From positions 1 through 45,436 of the forward strand of contig NZ_JALEIL010000107.1 of the NCBI RefSeq assembly GCF_022770135.1: DNA of 45,436 bases. Direction: 5' to 3'. Positions 39,163 through 45,436 of this stretch are shown one piece after another. This stretch comes from Anaerococcus sp. (GTDB taxonomy: Bacteria > Bacillota > Clostridia > Tissierellales > Peptoniphilaceae). Numbering within the stretch: position 1 is the first letter of the stretch; every line of letters starts with the position of its first letter. A program made the translations under genes and the position numbers. The notes beneath the pieces are model-generated. The model ran no database searches. It was not told where the DNA came from and was given only the letters and a program-made list of their open reading frames with translations.

Positions 39163-39765
39163 ATGTATGAAAATTACGTAAAGAATATATTGGATAGGAT
39201 TTTGGCTCTTTTGGGTCTTATAATCCTCTCTCCAATATTTTTGCTTACAGCCCTCGCCATCAAAATCGAAGAGCCCAAGGGAAAAGTCTTCTTCATCCAG
39301 GATAGGTCTGGTAAGGAAGGTAAGGCTTTTTCCTGTATCAAATTTAGGTCGATGTCGACAGAGGCTCCAAACAATGCCGCAACTTGGGAGCTTGACAATG
39401 CGGATAGCTACATAACAAAAGTGGGCCGTTTCATTAGAAAGACATCCATAGACGAACTTCCCCAGCTTATAAATATAATAAGGGGAGATATGAGTATAGT
39501 TGGCCCAAGGCCGGTTATCCTTAAGGAGGAAGAGCTAATTAACTTAAGGAGACAGTTCGGTGCCTTGAGTGTAAGGCCAGGAATTACAGGACTTAGTCAA
39601 ATTTCAGGCAGGGACAATCTCCCTCCCAAGAAGAAGGCCGAGACAGACGGAGAGTATGCAGCAAATGTAACTTTCTTAAATGATTTGAAGATAATATTAA
39701 AAACAATCCCTCAAGTCCTATCGGGAGAAGGGGTTAGCGAAGGAAAGAAGGAAGATTTTAGGTAA
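39163..39765 (+). CDS. Small phosphoglycosyl transferase (bacterial sugar transferase)
   Basis: KFRSM, RKTSIDELPQL, GDMSIVGPRP, RPGITGLSQISGR. Confidence 0.9.
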   Translation: MYENYVKNILDRILALLGLIILSPIFLLTALAIKIEEPKGKVFFIQDRSGKEGKAFSCIKFRSMSTEAPNNAATWELDNADSYITKVGRFIRKTSIDELPQLINIIRGDMSIVGPRPVILKEEELINLRRQFGALSVRPGITGLSQISGRDNLPPKKKAETDGEYAANVTFLNDLKIILKTIPQVLSGEGVSEGKKEDFR

Positions 39766-39862
39766 AACTAAACATTTTCCTTATTTTTCTGAAAAATATT
39801 CATCTTGAATGATTTAAACTGCGGACTCTTGTCTACTTCTATAAAAATATTTATGAAAATGA

Positions 39863-39955
39863 TTGCAAGATTAATTTATTTATGGTAAACTACTAGTAAG
39901 AGAATATATTAGAGAAGACGAGCTGTATTTATTTTACACGCTCGTTTTCTGTGTT
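39863..39955 (+). promoter_or_regulatory. glpP promoter and GlpP-type leader hairpin
   Basis: TTGCAA, 17 bp, TGgTAAACT; AGAATATATTAGAGAAGACGAGCT then hairpin 39913-39950. Confidence 0.65.
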
Positions 39956-39967
39956 CATGGAGGTTGT

Positions 39968-42054
<2,087 letters not shown>

Positions 42055-42055
42055 T

Positions 42056-42150
42056 TAGCAAATTTGAAAAAAATGTGATATAATATAAACAGAATATGAA
42101 TTAGAGAAGGCGAGCTAAAGTATTACCCTACTTTAGCTCGCCATTTTTCT
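42056..42150 (+). promoter_or_regulatory. Internal promoter and second GlpP-type leader terminator
   Basis: TAGCAA, 17 bp, TGaTATAAT; AGAATATGAATTAGAGAAGGCGAGCT; stem GGCGAGCTAAAGTA/TACTTTAGCTCGCC + ATTTTT. Confidence 0.75.
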
Positions 42151-42171
42151 GTTAGAAAAAGGGAGGAATAT

Positions 42172-43593
42172 ATGTATGATGCTATAATTATAGGCGGTGG
42201 AGTCACAGGAACATCTATAGCCTACCAATTGTCAAAGAAAAAAGGAAAATTCCTATTATTAGAAAAAAACGAAGATGTATGTACAGAAACATCTAAGGCA
42301 AATTCAGGAATCTGCCACGGTGGATACGACGCAATTCCAGGAACAATGAAAGCTAAGATGAATGTCAAAGGAAATCATATGATGGCTGATGAGGCTAAGA
42401 AACTATCTTTTCCTTACAAACAAATCGGAACTTTGGTTTTATGCCATGATGAAAAAGATTATCCTAAATTAAAAGAGCTTTACGATCAAGGTATAGCAAA
42501 TGGCGTAGGTGGTATGGAAATCCTTAATGGAGACCAAGTTCGTGAAATGGAACCAAATGTCTCAGATGATGTATGCTACGCCCTATATTGTAAAGAAGCC
42601 GGAATAGTAGATCCATTTTTAATGAATGTTGCTTTTGCTGAAGTATCTAACATAAATGGAGTTGATTATAAATTTAATGAAAAAGTAACAGAAACAAATC
42701 CAAAAGACGGATATTGGGAAGTTGTTACAGAAAATGCTACATACGAAACTAAGGCAGTTATTAATGCAGCAGGACTTTACTCAGACGAGATCCACAACAG
42801 GGTTAGCGATGAGAAGTTTGAAATAAAAGCTAGACGTGGTGAATATCTCTTACTAGATAAGGATACCAAAGGCTTTGTAAACCATGTTATGTTCAACCTA
42901 CCTACAGAAAAAGGCAAGGGAATCTTAGTTTCACCAACAATTGACGAAAATACTCTAGTAGGCCCAACATCAGACTTTGTAGATGATAAGGGAGACTTAA
43001 GATCAACTAGAGAACACCTAGAAGAAGTTATCGAAAAATCAAATGATACAGTTAAAAATGTACCTGTAAGAATGGTAATCACATCATTTTCAGGAAACAG
43101 AGCTCACGAAAAGGGCGGAGACTTTATCCTTAAGGAAAGTTTAGATGGATTCTTCGATTGTATAGGAATAGAATCACCAGGACTAACATCAGCACCAGCT
43201 ATAGGTGAATACATGGCAAATCTTGTAAGCGAAAAATTAAACTTAGAAGATAACAAGGACTTTGTCTATGATAGAAAACCTACACCAAAGACAAGTGAAC
43301 TAAGCCTAGAAGAACACGATAAGCTAATCAAGGAAGATCCAAGATACGGTAAGATCATCTGTAGATGCGAAAAAGTAACTGAAGGTGAAATAGTAGATGC
43401 CATCAACAGACCTCTAGGAGCTAAAACAGTTGACGGAGTTAAAAGAAGAGTAAGAGCTACAGCAGGAAGATGCCAAGGAGGCTTCTGTCTACCAAGAGTT
43501 ATGGAAATACTCGCTAGAGAGCTTGATGAAAATTACGATGATATAGTCAAAAACCACAAGGATTCTTACTATATCAAAGGTCATGTAAAGTAA
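42172..43593 (+). CDS. FAD-dependent glycerol-3-phosphate dehydrogenase (GlpA-like) with BFD-like [2Fe-2S] domain
   Basis: IIGGGVTG, TSKANSGICHGGYD, GIESPGLTSAPA, CRCEKV...GRCQGGFC; downstream of glpK. Confidence 0.85.
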   Translation: MYDAIIIGGGVTGTSIAYQLSKKKGKFLLLEKNEDVCTETSKANSGICHGGYDAIPGTMKAKMNVKGNHMMADEAKKLSFPYKQIGTLVLCHDEKDYPKLKELYDQGIANGVGGMEILNGDQVREMEPNVSDDVCYALYCKEAGIVDPFLMNVAFAEVSNINGVDYKFNEKVTETNPKDGYWEVVTENATYETKAVINAAGLYSDEIHNRVSDEKFEIKARRGEYLLLDKDTKGFVNHVMFNLPTEKGKGILVSPTIDENTLVGPTSDFVDDKGDLRSTREHLEEVIEKSNDTVKNVPVRMVITSFSGNRAHEKGGDFILKESLDGFFDCIGIESPGLTSAPAIGEYMANLVSEKLNLEDNKDFVYDRKPTPKTSELSLEEHDKLIKEDPRYGKIICRCEKVTEGEIVDAINRPLGAKTVDGVKRRVRATAGRCQGGFCLPRVMEILARELDENYDDIVKNHKDSYYIKGHVK

Positions 43594-43603
43594 GGAGGGC
43601 ACA

Positions 43604-44863
43604 ATGAAAAATTATGATTTAGTAGTAGTAGGTGGAGGTCCTGCAGGTCTTGCTGCAGCTGCCAAGGCCTATGATTTGGGTGTAAAAAACATCCTTGTAG
43701 TAGAAAGAGACGAAATGCTCGGAGGAATCCTTAACCAATGTATCCACAACGGTTTCGGCCTACACAGATTCAAAGAAGAGCTAACAGGACCAGAATATGC
43801 CCAAAGATTTGCTGACCTAGTAGAAGAAAGAGACATAGATGTTCTCCTAAACACAATAGTAATGGACTTTGCAAATGACAAGACCCTTACATTAATGAAC
43901 GAAGAAAACGGAATGTTTACCCTAAAACCAAAGGCAGTAATCCTCGCCATGGGTTGTAGGGAAAGACCAAGAGGAGCCCTAAACATTCCAGGAAGTAGAC
44001 CAGCCGGAGTATATTCAGCAGGAACTGCTCAAAGAATGATCAACCTCGAAGGCTACATGCCAGGAAAGAAAGTCGTAATCCTAGGATCAGGAGATATAGG
44101 ACTTATCATGGCAAGAAGAATGACCCTAGAGGGTGCCGAAGTCCAATGCGTTGCAGAAATCATGCCATATTCTGGTGGACTAAAGAGAAACATAGTTCAA
44201 TGTCTAGATGACTTTGATATACCACTATACTTTAACACAACAATCTCAGGCATCGAAGGAAAAGACAGAGTAGAAGGCTGTACCCTTTCCCAAGTTGATG
44301 AGAACATGAAGGTAATACCAGGCACAGAAAAACACTATGACTGCGATACTATCCTACTTTCAGTAGGACTCCTACCAGAAAACGAATTAACCAAAGAAGC
44401 AGGAATCGAAATAGATCCAAAGACTAAGGGAGCTATCGTATCAGATAGATTAATGACAAATATCCCAGGAGTATTCGCTTGCGGTAACGTCCTACACGTT
44501 CACGACCTAGTAGATTACGTAACAGATGAAAGTGAGCTAGCAGCAGAAAATGCAGCCCACTATATCGAAGGCAAATTTGAAGAGTCCAAGGCAGAACCAA
44601 TCTACCTAACAGCAGGTGAAGGCATATCTTACACCTTGCCACAATACATCAACCCAGACACAATGGCAGATTCTGCAATCGTAAGATTTAGAGTAAATAA
44701 CGTATACCAAAACAGAATCCTAAAGATGTTCGTTGATGGCAAAGAAGTAGCAAAGAAGAGAAAATTAGTCTACGCTCCAGGAGAAATGGAAGATCTAATC
44801 CTAAAGAAAGAAGACCTCCCAGAAGGAGCTAAGGAAATAGAAATTAAATTGGAGGAAATATGA
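43604..44863 (+). CDS. FAD/NAD(P)-dependent oxidoreductase, G3PDH partner subunit
   Basis: GGGPAG, GGILNQCIHNGFG, GSGDIGLIMARR, GNVLHVHDLVD. Confidence 0.88.
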   Translation: MKNYDLVVVGGGPAGLAAAAKAYDLGVKNILVVERDEMLGGILNQCIHNGFGLHRFKEELTGPEYAQRFADLVEERDIDVLLNTIVMDFANDKTLTLMNEENGMFTLKPKAVILAMGCRERPRGALNIPGSRPAGVYSAGTAQRMINLEGYMPGKKVVILGSGDIGLIMARRMTLEGAEVQCVAEIMPYSGGLKRNIVQCLDDFDIPLYFNTTISGIEGKDRVEGCTLSQVDENMKVIPGTEKHYDCDTILLSVGLLPENELTKEAGIEIDPKTKGAIVSDRLMTNIPGVFACGNVLHVHDLVDYVTDESELAAENAAHYIEGKFEESKAEPIYLTAGEGISYTLPQYINPDTMADSAIVRFRVNNVYQNRILKMFVDGKEVAKKRKLVYAPGEMEDLILKKEDLPEGAKEIEIKLEEI

Positions 44864-45216
44864 AAAAGGAATTAACATGTATCAATTGTCCTCTAGGCTG
44901 TTCTGTAACAGTAACCATGGAGGATGACGGAACAATAACAGACATCACTGGAAATACCTGCAAAAGAGGTGAAGTTTACGCAAGAAACGAAGTGAAAAAC
45001 CCGGTAAGAACCATAACATCAACTGTCAAAGTTGAGGGCGGATCTGCTTACTCTGTGCCAGTGAAGACTTCAGATGCAATACCAAAGGAAAAAATGAAAG
45101 AAGCGATGGTTGAAATTAACGAAGCCCTTGCCAAGGCTCCTATCAAAGTAGGGGATGTGATAATAGAATCAATAGCAGATACAGGCATAAGCCTTGTAGC
45201 TACCGCCAATAGATAA
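44860..45216 (+). CDS. DUF1667 Cys-rich small subunit
   Basis: TCINCPLGC, GNTCKRG, PVRTITSTV. Confidence 0.85.
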   Translation: MKKELTCINCPLGCSVTVTMEDDGTITDITGNTCKRGEVYARNEVKNPVRTITSTVKVEGGSAYSVPVKTSDAIPKEKMKEAMVEINEALAKAPIKVGDVIIESIADTGISLVATANR

Positions 45217-45252
45217 AATAAACAAAATCTTCTCTAAAATATATATATTTAC

Positions 45253-45280
45253 AAAAACGCGGGGCAAAACTCGCGTTTTT
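45253..45280 (+). terminator. Terminator of the glycerol operon
   Basis: AAAAACGCGGG...CTCGCGTTTTT. Confidence 0.75.
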
Positions 45281-45436
45281 ACTTTAATAAGTAAATATTA
45301 TATTTAAAATATATGGTCTTATTTAGCAAACTATGTTATAATAATAGTAAAAAGAAAGCTTTTGTTAGAAATATTTAAGGTTGTAATATATTATTATAAA
45401 TTCTTACACAAAATCTATAAGCTTAAGAAGAAAAAA

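Overview
Low-GC Firmicute chromosomal segment. Gene content and codon style suggest an anaerobic coccus of the Tissierellia, probably Anaerococcus (inference). It is mostly housekeeping: tyrS, metG-tatD-rnmV-rsmA, murE, msrB, groES-groEL with CIRCE, a glpP-glpK-G3PDH glycerol cluster, niaR with its likely niacin transporter, and several transporters. Two AT-rich accessory islets interrupt it. The first (~1989-5055) holds a 730-aa orphan protein between IS256 and IS30 relics, inserted between niaR and its transporter. The second (~31050-33630, after groEL) holds a HigBA-type TA pair, an SdpI-like gene, an IS256 relic and a frameshifted gene. The richest unexplained signal is in non-coding DNA: a minimal tyrS T-box (Stem I lacking the elbow-binding distal region, atypical expression platform), a Lys(AAA) T-box, an orphan promoter-to-terminator sRNA of ~70 nt, duplicated GlpP-type leaders, a REP/MITE-like repeat cluster and several operator palindromes. 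No rRNA, tRNA or CRISPR array was seen. All calls come from reading the sequence by eye; no searches were run.
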